DNA from: a virus
Taxonomy: Duplodnaviria > Caudoviricetes
Direction: 5' to 3' (one strand)
DNA: 64,000 bases
Virus record (IMG/VR): IMGVR_UViG_3300011008_000002
In this document: one piece after another, positions 52,288 to 60,896 of the stretch
Position numbering within the stretch: the stretch's first letter is position 1
Layout of the letters: the number at the start of each line of letters is the position of its first letter
The notes under the pieces: generated by a model
What the model was told of the DNA's origin: nothing
What the model saw: only the letters and a program-made list of their open reading frames with translations
The model's database searches: none
Position numbers and translations under genes: made by a program

Positions 52288-52587
52288 TTAATGGTGATAG
52301 TGGTTGTAGTGGCTCCTGTACCACTGACCGCTCGGACTGGTACACGTGAACTGGAGTCCTTTATCTCCCCAGTCATATGTACCAACCTTCCATCCTTTTT
52401 TGCGGAACCAATCAATGGCTTCTGCGATTGCATCCCATGCTGGATGCTTTTCGATATCCTTCGGGTCGTATTTGTCAAACACGGCACACAGAAAATCCTT
52501 CAGCTCATCTGGTTCATCCATGTTCATATGATACATGATGGTTGTTTCGAACCCCATAGAATGGCTAATTTTCTCGGGATACATCAT
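52288..52587 (-). CDS. Early hypothetical protein
   Basis: Early motif at 52619-52626; GGAGG RBS. Confidence 0.65.
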   Translation of the reverse strand: MMYPEKISHSMGFETTIMYHMNMDEPDELKDFLCAVFDKYDPKDIEKHPAWDAIAEAIDWFRKKGWKVGTYDWGDKGLQFTCTSPSGQWYRSHYNHYHH

Positions 52588-52655
52588 AATAGCTACCTCC
52601 TAAGTTTATTCTACAGATTTAATATATAATCAAATACATTTCAAAACGGATTTTG

Positions 52656-52691
52656 TAGTAGTCGTGTAAATTTTTGTTTACACGACTACTA
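52656..52691. terminator. Perfect 15-bp inverted repeat just upstream of the silent fibre cassette
   Basis: TAGTAGTCGTGTAAA-N6-TTTACACGACTACTA. Confidence 0.6.
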
Positions 52692-52712
52692 GGTTGATAT
52701 CCCATTTGTCCA

Positions 52713-52728
52713 TTAAATTCTGATTTAA
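52713..52728 (+). repeat. Putative recombination site A
   Basis: TTAAAT-TCTG-ATTTAA, encoding LNSDL in frame with the headless ORF. Confidence 0.5.
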
Positions 52729-53237
52729 CGGTCGAACGAAATCGGATAAGTCAGCTTGGATCTCTTGAAGAAGGATCAACTACAGGAGATGCTGAACTTT
52801 TGGACATTAGGATCGGTATTGATGGTACGACTACATATGCAAGTGCGGGTGAAGCGGTTAGGGAACAGATAAAGGGGTATCGCGATATATACGTTGGTGA
52901 GGATACTCCGCCAGTGAATGCAAAGGCATGGGTTGATACATCTGCGGATGATGGGTCAGTTACGTATATTCCAGAGATAGACGATAGTAATATCTCTTTG
53001 GTTGATACTTGGAGTTCAAGTAAGATTTCCAGTATGATTCAGGGGATGGTTATTTGTTCCTCTAGTGATGAACCTGAAAATGGAACTCCTATTTGGATTG
53101 ATACCGGTAGCGGTGCTGAGTTTTCAATACCTGAAATCAACGACTCCACTACGAGTTTGGTTGATACTTGGAGTAGTTCAAAGATTAATGCCGAACTTCA
53201 GAGTTTGTCGCAGCGTATAGCTGCACTAGAAAGTTGA
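52713..53237 (+). CDS. Headless tail-fibre C-terminal cassette
   Basis: Frame opens after TGA at 52695 and has no ATG/GTG/TTG until 52800. The phage-tail motif [28 protein letters not shown] spans that TTG. Two internal [16 protein letters not shown] repeats. Confidence 0.6.
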   Translation, partial: LNSDLTVERNRISQLGSLEEGSTTGDAELLDIRIGIDGTTTYASAGEAVREQIKGYRDIYVGEDTPPVNAKAWVDTSADDGSVTYIPEIDDSNISLVDTWSSSKISSMIQGMVICSSSDEPENGTPIWIDTGSGAEFSIPEINDSTTSLVDTWSSSKINAELQSLSQRIAALES

Positions 53238-53252
53238 AGGGAGGGATAATAA

Positions 53253-54914
53253 ATGGCTAAAACAGTAAGCGATAATCTGTTAAAGGTTATCGGTAAAAAT
53301 GGGACTTATGAGAGTATCATAGGACTCAGAGGAGAGTCTGCATATGACATCGCCGTGAGGAATGGATACACTGGTACAGAGAATGATTTTTTGCTAGAAT
53401 TTGTACCAGATGATGTTGTACAGAACCTTATAGCGTTGACTACGAGAGTAAATAAACTTGAAGGGTATACTCTAGCGATACCTAAGGCGTCCACTTCAGA
53501 GCTTGGTGGAGTGAAAGTTGGTAGTGGATTATCAATTGATTCTAATGGTACATTATCAGCTAATGGTTACAATCTTCCAAAAGCAACAAGTTCAACTTTA
53601 GGTGGTGTTAAAGTAGGTACTGGACTGTCGGTTGATAATAATGGAGTTTTATCAAGCGATGTTGAACAGTATGAATTACCTAAAGCTTCTACATCTTCTC
53701 TTGGTGGAGTGAAAGTCGGAAGTAGGTTGACAATAGACTCTGATGGAGTATTGTCTGCTGATAATCAATCTTATGATTTACCGAATGCATCTGCTAGTAC
53801 ATTAGGTGGTGTAAAAGTTGGTAATAGATTGAGTATCGACGCGAATGGCGTGTTGTCAGCGAATGACCAAAGCTACACTTTGCCTACAGCAAGTGCAAAT
53901 GAAAAAGGTGGTATCAAGGTAGGGAGCGGTTTAAGTATTGATGGAAACGGAGTATTATCAGCTAATGAACCTACGATACCAACAGCAACTGCGTCAACTA
54001 TCGGTGGTATTAAGATAGGTGAAGGTCTCACTATACTCAACGGTGTGCTGAGTATTGATACAACCAAGTATATGCCTATACAAAACAATGCAGGATATCA
54101 TAATAGTGTATACAGGGGCAAAGACTTAACCAATGTATATACTATTGATGAAATATATAATAGGATTGATTCTGGTACTTTCGAGGATCTGTTTATTGGT
54201 GACTATTTCACGGTAACGATAAATACCTCATTGGGAGGGGAGGAAGAAGTAGAGTGCATACTAGCAGATTTTGACACATTTTATGATACACAACATTTTG
54301 GTTATAACGGTGATTTTTATGTTAGACGGCATCACGCAGTTATTGTTCCAAGAGATTGTTTTAAAGAGAAAGCCAGGTTCCATAGTTCGACATCAATTGA
54401 CGACATATTCAATAGTTATCCTTATAAGCCTGAGTTGATTAAAACAACTTTACCAATTTATGAAACAGCTATTAAAAGTGCGTTCAATAATAAGGTTATG
54501 GCGCATTATTGTAGAAACATGACTTCCTTTGATGCAAATATAGCTAGTAGTGCTGGTGCTGGACTTCTCGGTTCACTTACTAAGTGTAACTATAGTACGA
54601 CAATTCTTGAGTTAATGAATGCATATAATGTATTTGGAACATCTGAGATAAGTAGCTCATATTTGGACGGTTATGGAAATGATAAACAATTCAATCTATT
54701 CAGACATAATCCTGGAGAAATAGCATCTGGTCATGGATGGAACGATTCCCATACTTATAGGAAGTTAGGTTTTTATTGGTTATCTACCATTGTTAGTTCA
54801 AATAAGGCTGGATGCGTTGATGAACACGGAGCTATGGGCGCAGTATATGATATAACTCGTACAGGATATATCCGACCATATTGGGTTATGGGAAATAATT
54901 ATATGAGCTACTGA
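53253..54914 (+). CDS. Receptor-binding/fibre protein A (6 shaft repeats plus CLec-like tip)
   Basis: Six (L/I)P.A....LGG(V/I)K(V/I)G..L.I...GVLS repeats; YW.....IRPYW C terminus. Confidence 0.75.
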   Translation: MAKTVSDNLLKVIGKNGTYESIIGLRGESAYDIAVRNGYTGTENDFLLEFVPDDVVQNLIALTTRVNKLEGYTLAIPKASTSELGGVKVGSGLSIDSNGTLSANGYNLPKATSSTLGGVKVGTGLSVDNNGVLSSDVEQYELPKASTSSLGGVKVGSRLTIDSDGVLSADNQSYDLPNASASTLGGVKVGNRLSIDANGVLSANDQSYTLPTASANEKGGIKVGSGLSIDGNGVLSANEPTIPTATASTIGGIKIGEGLTILNGVLSIDTTKYMPIQNNAGYHNSVYRGKDLTNVYTIDEIYNRIDSGTFEDLFIGDYFTVTINTSLGGEEEVECILADFDTFYDTQHFGYNGDFYVRRHHAVIVPRDCFKEKARFHSSTSIDDIFNSYPYKPELIKTTLPIYETAIKSAFNNKVMAHYCRNMTSFDANIASSAGAGLLGSLTKCNYSTTILELMNAYNVFGTSEISSSYLDGYGNDKQFNLFRHNPGEIASGHGWNDSHTYRKLGFYWLSTIVSSNKAGCVDEHGAMGAVYDITRTGYIRPYWVMGNNYMSY

Positions 54915-54932
54915 AAGAAATGAGGTGTAATT

Positions 54933-55241
54933 ATGGTTTATACAAAACGCGAAAAGCTGTATAATAAAATTTATAGTATAGAAGTTAATGTTATCAGCCT
55001 TAAAGCTCAGCTTTCTTCCGATGCATCTCGTATCGGAGATTGGGCTGTGATTAAGTGCTACGAAGCTAAGCTTCAAAACAAAGAGCCTCATTACGACCTT
55101 GATAAGCTTCTTGCTGATCGTCAGGCGGCTCGTGATACAATCAATGAAAAGCAAGCTCAGATTGCTGCAATAGAAGCAGAGATGGCTTCTATGACAGAAG
55201 AGCAACTCAACGAAATTGTTGAAGAAATCGAACAACCATAA
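54933..55241 (+). CDS. Putative fibre chaperone/assembly protein
   Basis: Close paralog of 63551-63787 (SR.GDWAVIKCYEAKLQ.KEP.YD). Confidence 0.6.
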   Translation: MVYTKREKLYNKIYSIEVNVISLKAQLSSDASRIGDWAVIKCYEAKLQNKEPHYDLDKLLADRQAARDTINEKQAQIAAIEAEMASMTEEQLNEIVEEIEQP

Positions 55242-55250
55242 ACAATTTCA

Positions 55251-55266
55251 TTAAATTGGAATTAAA
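55251..55266 (-). repeat. Putative recombination site C
   Basis: Minus strand TTTAAT-TCCA-ATTTAA, about 10 nt after the chaperone stop. Confidence 0.45.
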
Positions 55267-55271
55267 TGGCT

Positions 55272-55466
55272 TGTAAACAAAAATTTACCATCAAAGAAAT
55301 AAGCATCAAGTTAGTCTTGATATACACAGGTTTAATCTACCAAAACTTTCCAATTCATCTTTTTACATTAAACTTCGGTTTATGAATTGTGGAAAATTTT
55401 GGAAGCTTGTAAATACGAGTCAATAGCTTGGAAAAATGTGCTATTTCTGGTAAACTTCTGTTTATA
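55272..55466 (+). ncRNA. Candidate ~195-nt rod-like RNA with cUUCGg apical loop
   Basis: Nested stems TAAACA/TGTTTA, TTTACC/GGTAAA, AGAAAT/ATTTCT, CAAGTTA/TAGCTTG, CAGGTTT/AAGCTTG, CCAAAA/TTTTGG, ATTCA/TGAAT, TAAAC-TTCG-GTTTA. Confidence 0.45.
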
Positions 55467-55532
55467 TGGAAAAACCTAGAAACTCGTCCACAGCGCATTT
55501 CTTAAAATGACAAAAAATACCTTGTTTGTCCA

Positions 55533-55548
55533 TTAAATTGGAGTTTAG
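55533..55548 (-). repeat. Putative recombination site B
   Basis: Minus strand CTAAAC-TCCA-ATTTAA; shares TTTGTCCATTAAATT with the flank of site A. Confidence 0.5.
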
Positions 55549-55695
55549 TCTTGGGTTTTAGTGAACTTTTATAGGATAGATAAACAGGGGTTTACAATTA
55601 TAATGGTCGATATGTCCTCAAATTCTGTTTTATTAAGTATATTAATTCACCGTAATTTAACGTTATTAGTTTTATATCGAGAGGGGAGATAATCT

Positions 55696-56064
55696 ATGAA
55701 ATTCGTCGAAACAAGTCGTAAAGAACGGAGACTACGTACCAATCCTAATAGTAGGTATTCTCAACTTCTCATCACAGGTATCATTGTTGATGTCAATGAT
55801 CTTGCAATGGGAAGATATAAAATCAGTGATACCTTATACGGGAGTCCTTGTAGACATTATAATGTCACTGTAATTATCGGAGAGGATATTATGGATTATT
55901 ATATTAACGAAGAAGATAAATGTGATAGTGATGAATATAAAATATCTGTAACTGGTATATGGACATCATTTACTAATGTTGATCCTATATATCCTCAAAT
56001 TAAGAAATATTTTCATGATATAGGATATGATATCGAATGCCTCGAAGTAGTTGGTCGCAAATAA
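55696..56064 (+). CDS. Early hypothetical protein (paralog of the next gene)
   Basis: MKFVE...YSQL.I.G; early motif at 55638. Confidence 0.65.
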   Translation: MKFVETSRKERRLRTNPNSRYSQLLITGIIVDVNDLAMGRYKISDTLYGSPCRHYNVTVIIGEDIMDYYINEEDKCDSDEYKISVTGIWTSFTNVDPIYPQIKKYFHDIGYDIECLEVVGRK

Positions 56065-56189
56065 TAACTAGAGTTAATTAATTCTAGTTATTCTTAATTG
56101 TGTTAAATCCATTTTGTGTGTATTTTATTGCTATATTAATTCTATAGATATAAAGAAACTATCAACAATAACCTACAAGGAGGTAACTT

Positions 56190-56558
56190 ATGAAGTTTGT
56201 TGAATCTGGTCGTATAGAGCAGAATCCGTTTGCAAACGCATCCACTTCTAGGAATGGAGGTGGTTATTCCCAACTATTCATCGGAGGATTTGTATTCGAT
56301 GATAGCCATGCTCCAATCGCAACATACACGATTGATGATACCTCTTGTGGAGAGTTTGGTAAGAGGTACGATGTGTCTGTGGTGATGATAAATAGGCATA
56401 TATATGGTTGGGAGTATTGTGTTGATACTGTTGATCGCAACAATCGTGAACATTCGACGTTCACGATAACCAATAAATATTACAAAGACATGAAAAAATG
56501 TCTGAAGGAGATTGGTTACGACATATGGAGTGCCGAAGAACTGGAAGACGATGCATGA
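56190..56558 (+). CDS. Early hypothetical protein
   Basis: MKFVE...YSQLFIGG; early motif at 56132. Confidence 0.7.
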   Translation: MKFVESGRIEQNPFANASTSRNGGGYSQLFIGGFVFDDSHAPIATYTIDDTSCGEFGKRYDVSVVMINRHIYGWEYCVDTVDRNNREHSTFTITNKYYKDMKKCLKEIGYDIWSAEELEDDA

Positions 56559-56691
56559 CAAATCCATTTCGTAGATATTTTGAAACCATATTAAAGATGT
56601 ATGAATGATGGAAAATGGTCATTCATCTCACATTGACGTAAGTTAGTGATACGTTCGTTACTAACTTCACTTATATTCCAAGGAGGAAGAA

Positions 56692-57147
56692 ATGATTAAA
56701 TTAACATTCAATCTCCCCAGTTTCCACAGGACTGGGAGGAACTCGTTCTCTAGCATACGTGAGGTTGGTATTGAAGACCTTGAGTATGCGGGGATGCGTA
56801 GGGTCGTGCTTGAGGAAGGAACGTTCGGTGCCTTCTTAAAGAGTCTTATTGAGTCACTCGACGAGGTTGGATATGATGATCTCGATGATCCCCAGGTCAA
56901 CACTATCTTTGATGTCATAGGTGATTTTATGGCTAAGGATAACGGTCGTTATATTGTGCGGTTAGATGACCTTGACAAAGATGAACTAGGCTCTCGTTTC
57001 TATAGAGGTTACAACTCATACAGCTACGAGCTTGTGTTTTCCGTAGCTTATGTTTTGAACGATGTTGTCTTTGTTGACAACATTGACGTGATATGGAGTA
57101 ATGATGATGAGGAGGAGGAAGAGTTCGATACATGGAAAGCTAAATAA
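56692..57147 (+). CDS. Acidic early hypothetical protein
   Basis: GGAGG RBS; CATATTAA at 56587. Confidence 0.65.
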   Translation: MIKLTFNLPSFHRTGRNSFSSIREVGIEDLEYAGMRRVVLEEGTFGAFLKSLIESLDEVGYDDLDDPQVNTIFDVIGDFMAKDNGRYIVRLDDLDKDELGSRFYRGYNSYSYELVFSVAYVLNDVVFVDNIDVIWSNDDEEEEEFDTWKAK

Positions 57148-57197
57148 ATAAAAAAAGAAAGGGCAAAGTCAATTTGCCCTTTCTTTTTTGTATTGGT

Positions 57198-58268
57198 TTA
57201 GACTTTTTTTGTATAAGACAAGTAAATCCAACCGGTCTTGCTTTTTAACTGACCCCAACCATCCTTAGTATTGATAATAGTATAGGTTCCTTTGTCTGTA
57301 ATAGCCCCAACCTTCGAATACGAAGTACCAGGACCAGAACGGATATTCAAGGAACTTGCTGTCACCTTAACCTTATAGGTTCCACTAATTGGAGCAGTCT
57401 CAAGAACTTGAGCAACCGACTTTATAGTCGTATACGCAAGGGAAATCCAACCCTTTCCGCTCTTAAGATAACCCCATTTGGTTCCGTCAGTAACCTGTTC
57501 CTTAACGATAGTATAGGTCTCACCTTGATGAACAGCCATTACCTTATCATACTTTACACCAGGACCAGAACGTACATTCAATTCCTTCGTATTGATGGTA
57601 ACTGTATAAGATGTAGTAGTCTGAGTGTTCTGATTTACAGGTTCAGGTTCTTCAGAAACAAGTTGTGCTGTCGTGTTGACATAGGTTCCTTTCATTGTAG
57701 CAGAGACATCCTTGCGGAAACCATCCATCGTATAAGGCATCTTAAGCTGCGTCCAATAATGTTCAGGATCGGCATGAGCAGACGCAAGCCCTCTCTTATT
57801 ACCTTCGTTATGAGAGAGAATAACACCATCCTTCAATGGATCAAGATTGTATTGCTTGCAAAGATAAGCAAACAGTTCAACTGCTGCGTTATAAGCAGTT
57901 TCACAATGCTTCCTTGCAATATCCCAATCAAGGACAGTAAATGTTGCCCCGCCAGTGTACTTGATCTTATTACTCTCGCACATCTCAACGCCGATGTGGG
58001 TATCATTCAAACTTCCATTCTTACCAGAAGCAGCGTGCCAACCTCTGTGGTTCCAAGGAAGCAATTGCCATACATCTCCAGTATTTGCGTCAATGAATGC
58101 GTGAACCCCCGCACGGCTATAAGATGCCTGATTGTAGATATTGTACCAAACTTGGGCACTCGGTTGAGCACATCCAACACTATGAAGTGTCAACCCTTTG
58201 ACTGTTGCCAACTTTCTCCCTGTTTTATAACAAGGGGAACTCGTTGCAAGTTTCGATAAAATATTCAT
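57198..58268 (-). CDS. N-acetylmuramoyl-L-alanine amidase with two SH3b domains (endolysin-like)
   Basis: LHSVG, VHAFID, GWHA, IGVEMCE, SH..HADP; two LN(V/I)RSGPG...WG.LKS..GWI.L.YT domains. Confidence 0.9.
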   Translation of the reverse strand: MNILSKLATSSPCYKTGRKLATVKGLTLHSVGCAQPSAQVWYNIYNQASYSRAGVHAFIDANTGDVWQLLPWNHRGWHAASGKNGSLNDTHIGVEMCESNKIKYTGGATFTVLDWDIARKHCETAYNAAVELFAYLCKQYNLDPLKDGVILSHNEGNKRGLASAHADPEHYWTQLKMPYTMDGFRKDVSATMKGTYVNTTAQLVSEEPEPVNQNTQTTTSYTVTINTKELNVRSGPGVKYDKVMAVHQGETYTIVKEQVTDGTKWGYLKSGKGWISLAYTTIKSVAQVLETAPISGTYKVKVTASSLNIRSGPGTSYSKVGAITDKGTYTIINTKDGWGQLKSKTGWIYLSYTKKV

Positions 58269-58414
58269 ATCTTATTTCTCCTTTCTAGGAATTTGTTATA
58301 CCATACAAAAATTAAACAACCGTCAAAACAGAGGCTACTAGTGGCTCACCTCCAAGAAAACCACCCCATTCACCTGTAGATTTGTTTTGACGGTTTGTTT
58401 TTTAACGGAAAACA

Positions 58415-59644
58415 TCAGATGTATTCAGCATTATCCATCCAGTCTTCAATAAAAAGGTCATTGTAGAGTTTATCCATTCGTTGAATAGTATGGTATGCAT
58501 TATACCATTGTGCGTTGCCTCTCCATGAACGATATTCATTTTGAGCATCAACATATGGTAATTCTCCATTGTTGACTTTCTTTGATAAACTCTTTAACTT
58601 ATTTCTTTGTCTTACGATATTATCGTGAGGCATTCTATGAATAACTTCTCCTGTTTCCGTTAATGTATACTTAGTTTTTAAGAACGTAAAGTTAGTTAAT
58701 GGACAGATTTGGGTTTTCTTCTGGTTCACATGAATACCCAAATCTGTACATATGCGGACGATATCATCATTTAGTAATGACTTCAAATAATCCTTACTTT
58801 CATGAATAATAGCGGTATCATCCATATATCTGTCATATAGATGATTACCCCTTACAATTTTACAGAAATTATCCATTTCTGTAGGATACAAGATTCCAGA
58901 AATCTGAGATATCTGGCTCCCAATTCCTAATGATTTTCTCATCATCTTTTCTCCAGTTCTTGCAGACTTTGGTATATCATTATAATAGTCCAAAGAACTG
59001 AATACTTCTTCTCGACAATGAGCATATTCTTCGTCAGTCATGTGGGAAACATCAACCTCAAATGTACTGATAAGGTATCTCACAATACCCATTGCAGCCT
59101 CATCTGGAATTTTCTCGTTTATGTAGTTTATTAGCTTTTCATGATCTATATTATCAAAGAATTTTTTGAAGTCAATAAGTAGCACGTAGCCCTTATTAGT
59201 TCCGTATCTACGATAATACCGATGCAGATGTACATCAAGTCTTTTTCTTGTAAACCCGATGCCTTTTCCTTTTACAGAAGCACCGTTGTCATAAATGAGA
59301 AATCTATGCAATGAAGGATTTAGGATATAATCACAAACAGCACGATTAATCACTCGATCAGAGATATGCAAAGATTTGATATGACGACGTTTACCTCGTT
59401 CGAATAAAGGAAATTCATAAAACGGTTTCTGATGATATGTATCAGTAGTCAGCATTCTGACTGTCCTATTTATATTTCGGAGCAAGGACGCTTCGTATCG
59501 TTGCACGGATTCCTTCCAATCTACGCCCTTCTTAGAATTATTGAACGCCGCCACCAAGTTATTCGCATTCAATAATTCATTGTAGAGAGAGTCCGAAGGT
59601 ATTTCTGAATCAATCATCCGTAAATCCCTCGTTTCTAGCACCAC
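58415..59644 (-). CDS. DGR reverse transcriptase
   Basis: DFKKFFDNI, GIGSQISQ (DGR SQ signature), RYMDD; adjacent to TR and avd. Confidence 0.93.
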   Translation of the reverse strand: MVLETRDLRMIDSEIPSDSLYNELLNANNLVAAFNNSKKGVDWKESVQRYEASLLRNINRTVRMLTTDTYHQKPFYEFPLFERGKRRHIKSLHISDRVINRAVCDYILNPSLHRFLIYDNGASVKGKGIGFTRKRLDVHLHRYYRRYGTNKGYVLLIDFKKFFDNIDHEKLINYINEKIPDEAAMGIVRYLISTFEVDVSHMTDEEYAHCREEVFSSLDYYNDIPKSARTGEKMMRKSLGIGSQISQISGILYPTEMDNFCKIVRGNHLYDRYMDDTAIIHESKDYLKSLLNDDIVRICTDLGIHVNQKKTQICPLTNFTFLKTKYTLTETGEVIHRMPHDNIVRQRNKLKSLSKKVNNGELPYVDAQNEYRSWRGNAQWYNAYHTIQRMDKLYNDLFIEDWMDNAEYI

Positions 59645-59744
59645 CTGACGTATCAGGATGCATCAAAGGATACATTTACCTCTCGGAAGGACAAGCTTTC
59701 CTTTCTTAATCGACCATATCGGCACTTAGCCTACTCGTAGTATG

Positions 59745-59845
59745 GTTTAAGAAATCGGGCGAACGCCATTGGAGTTCGACGCGTTGTTGTTATTGGAATT
59801 ACCATTGTTGTTGCAATTCGCGAAGTTCGTCGAGTTGACAACGGC
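59745..59845 (-). repeat. DGR template repeat (TR) with IMH*
   Basis: GCC GTT GTC AAC TCG ACG AAC TTC GCG AAT TGC AAC AAC AAT GGT AAT TCC AAT AAC AAC AAC GCG TCG AAC TCC AAT GGC GTT CGC CCG; 13 AAY codons and no third-position A. Confidence 0.92.
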
Positions 59846-59924
59846 TTTTTCTTCTCATCGAGATCAAAACTTGCCCATAGATGAATTGATAGAGCTTTTT
59901 GTCATCTATGGATATGTGTAGGTC

Positions 59925-60767
59925 TCATTGAAGAACTATAATTTCGTACATTTTATCATCTGTTGATGGGTTACTCGAATTATCAACAAATGAAGATGGT
60001 AATACCCTATATGGTTCAAGTGCCTCCTCAGAGATATAGTTAGTAATGTATTCCTCTGCATAAGACTTCTTTGGAGTATTTTCTTCTGATGCCTCTGGTG
60101 GTATAGAAACTTTCTCCTTTCTTTTGGAGTTTTTCTTTGTTTCTTTTTCTTCAGCTTTTAATTTAGCTATGTACTCTTGTTTTGCTTTGTTTTTACGTCT
60201 TTCGAAGTCCACTTCTCTCTTGGCTTCTAGTTCGGCAACTTTCTTGCCTAAACGACTTGTATCATTCTTTCTCCAAGCACGAAGTAGAGCTATCTCTTTC
60301 TCGATTAAATCTACGTATGGTAAGTATTTGTTGACATCGACATCAATCACTGTCATAACAAATTGCATTTCCTGTAGTAGTTGTTCACAACAACCAATAG
60401 CCTGAGTCTGATAGCGTCTTCTATCAGCGAGTTCAGATTCGGTTGTTGGATATAATGAGTTAGCCTGAATGATATTTCTTATGAGATATCTCGACTCAGA
60501 AGTAATTCGAGAACGGAGTTCGTTAATGAGCCATTCAGGATACTCATCAAGAATATTCCGAATATTGTATTTTTCTGTGATTTCGAGGAATTTCTCTCTG
60601 TCTTCCTCAGCCATTTTGTGAATACGAGCGTAGAAATCAGGATTACGAATTTTGTCCTTGATACCAAAATCCCTGAGCATAAGTAATACGAGTTTCCGTC
60701 TTAAAACGTATGCTGTGTGTAGAAACTCAAGTCTGGATGGACCACGTTTGCTTTTAAGCACTGACAT
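59925..60767 (-). CDS. avd: Avd-like DGR accessory protein with charged C-terminal extension
   Basis: Start re-called at MSVLKSKR (GGAGG RBS); ANSLYP, RR.YQ..AIG.C..L.QE, EI.LL..WRK; lies upstream of TR. Confidence 0.8.
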   Translation of the reverse strand: MSVLKSKRGPSRLEFLHTAYVLRRKLVLLMLRDFGIKDKIRNPDFYARIHKMAEEDREKFLEITEKYNIRNILDEYPEWLINELRSRITSESRYLIRNIIQANSLYPTTESELADRRRYQTQAIGCCEQLLQEMQFVMTVIDVDVNKYLPYVDLIEKEIALLRAWRKNDTSRLGKKVAELEAKREVDFERRKNKAKQEYIAKLKAEEKETKKNSKRKEKVSIPPEASEENTPKKSYAEEYITNYISEEALEPYRVLPSSFVDNSSNPSTDDKMYEIIVLQ

Positions 60768-60820
60768 TTCTTTGCCCTCCTGCTCATAATATAAATAGGA
60801 TATGGTAATATTTTCTACCA

Positions 60821-60833
60821 TTACTAAAATGTA
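60821..60833 (-). promoter_or_regulatory. Late-type phage promoter driving avd-TR-RT
   Basis: TACATTTTAGTAA matches NACA-N6-TAA. Confidence 0.55.
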
Positions 60834-60896
60834 GTAGTTGAAATAATTTATTAGAAAGGATGATTAGATATGAAAAAAATCATCCTTTCTAATAAA

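Noticed and set aside
53470-54060. Periodic ~100-bp repeats as a CRISPR array
   Set aside because: These are degenerate in-frame protein repeats of the fibre shaft
58415-59644. RT as a group II intron or retron
   Set aside because: No maturase/endonuclease domain or msr-msd; the SQ motif, avd and AAC-rich TR indicate a DGR
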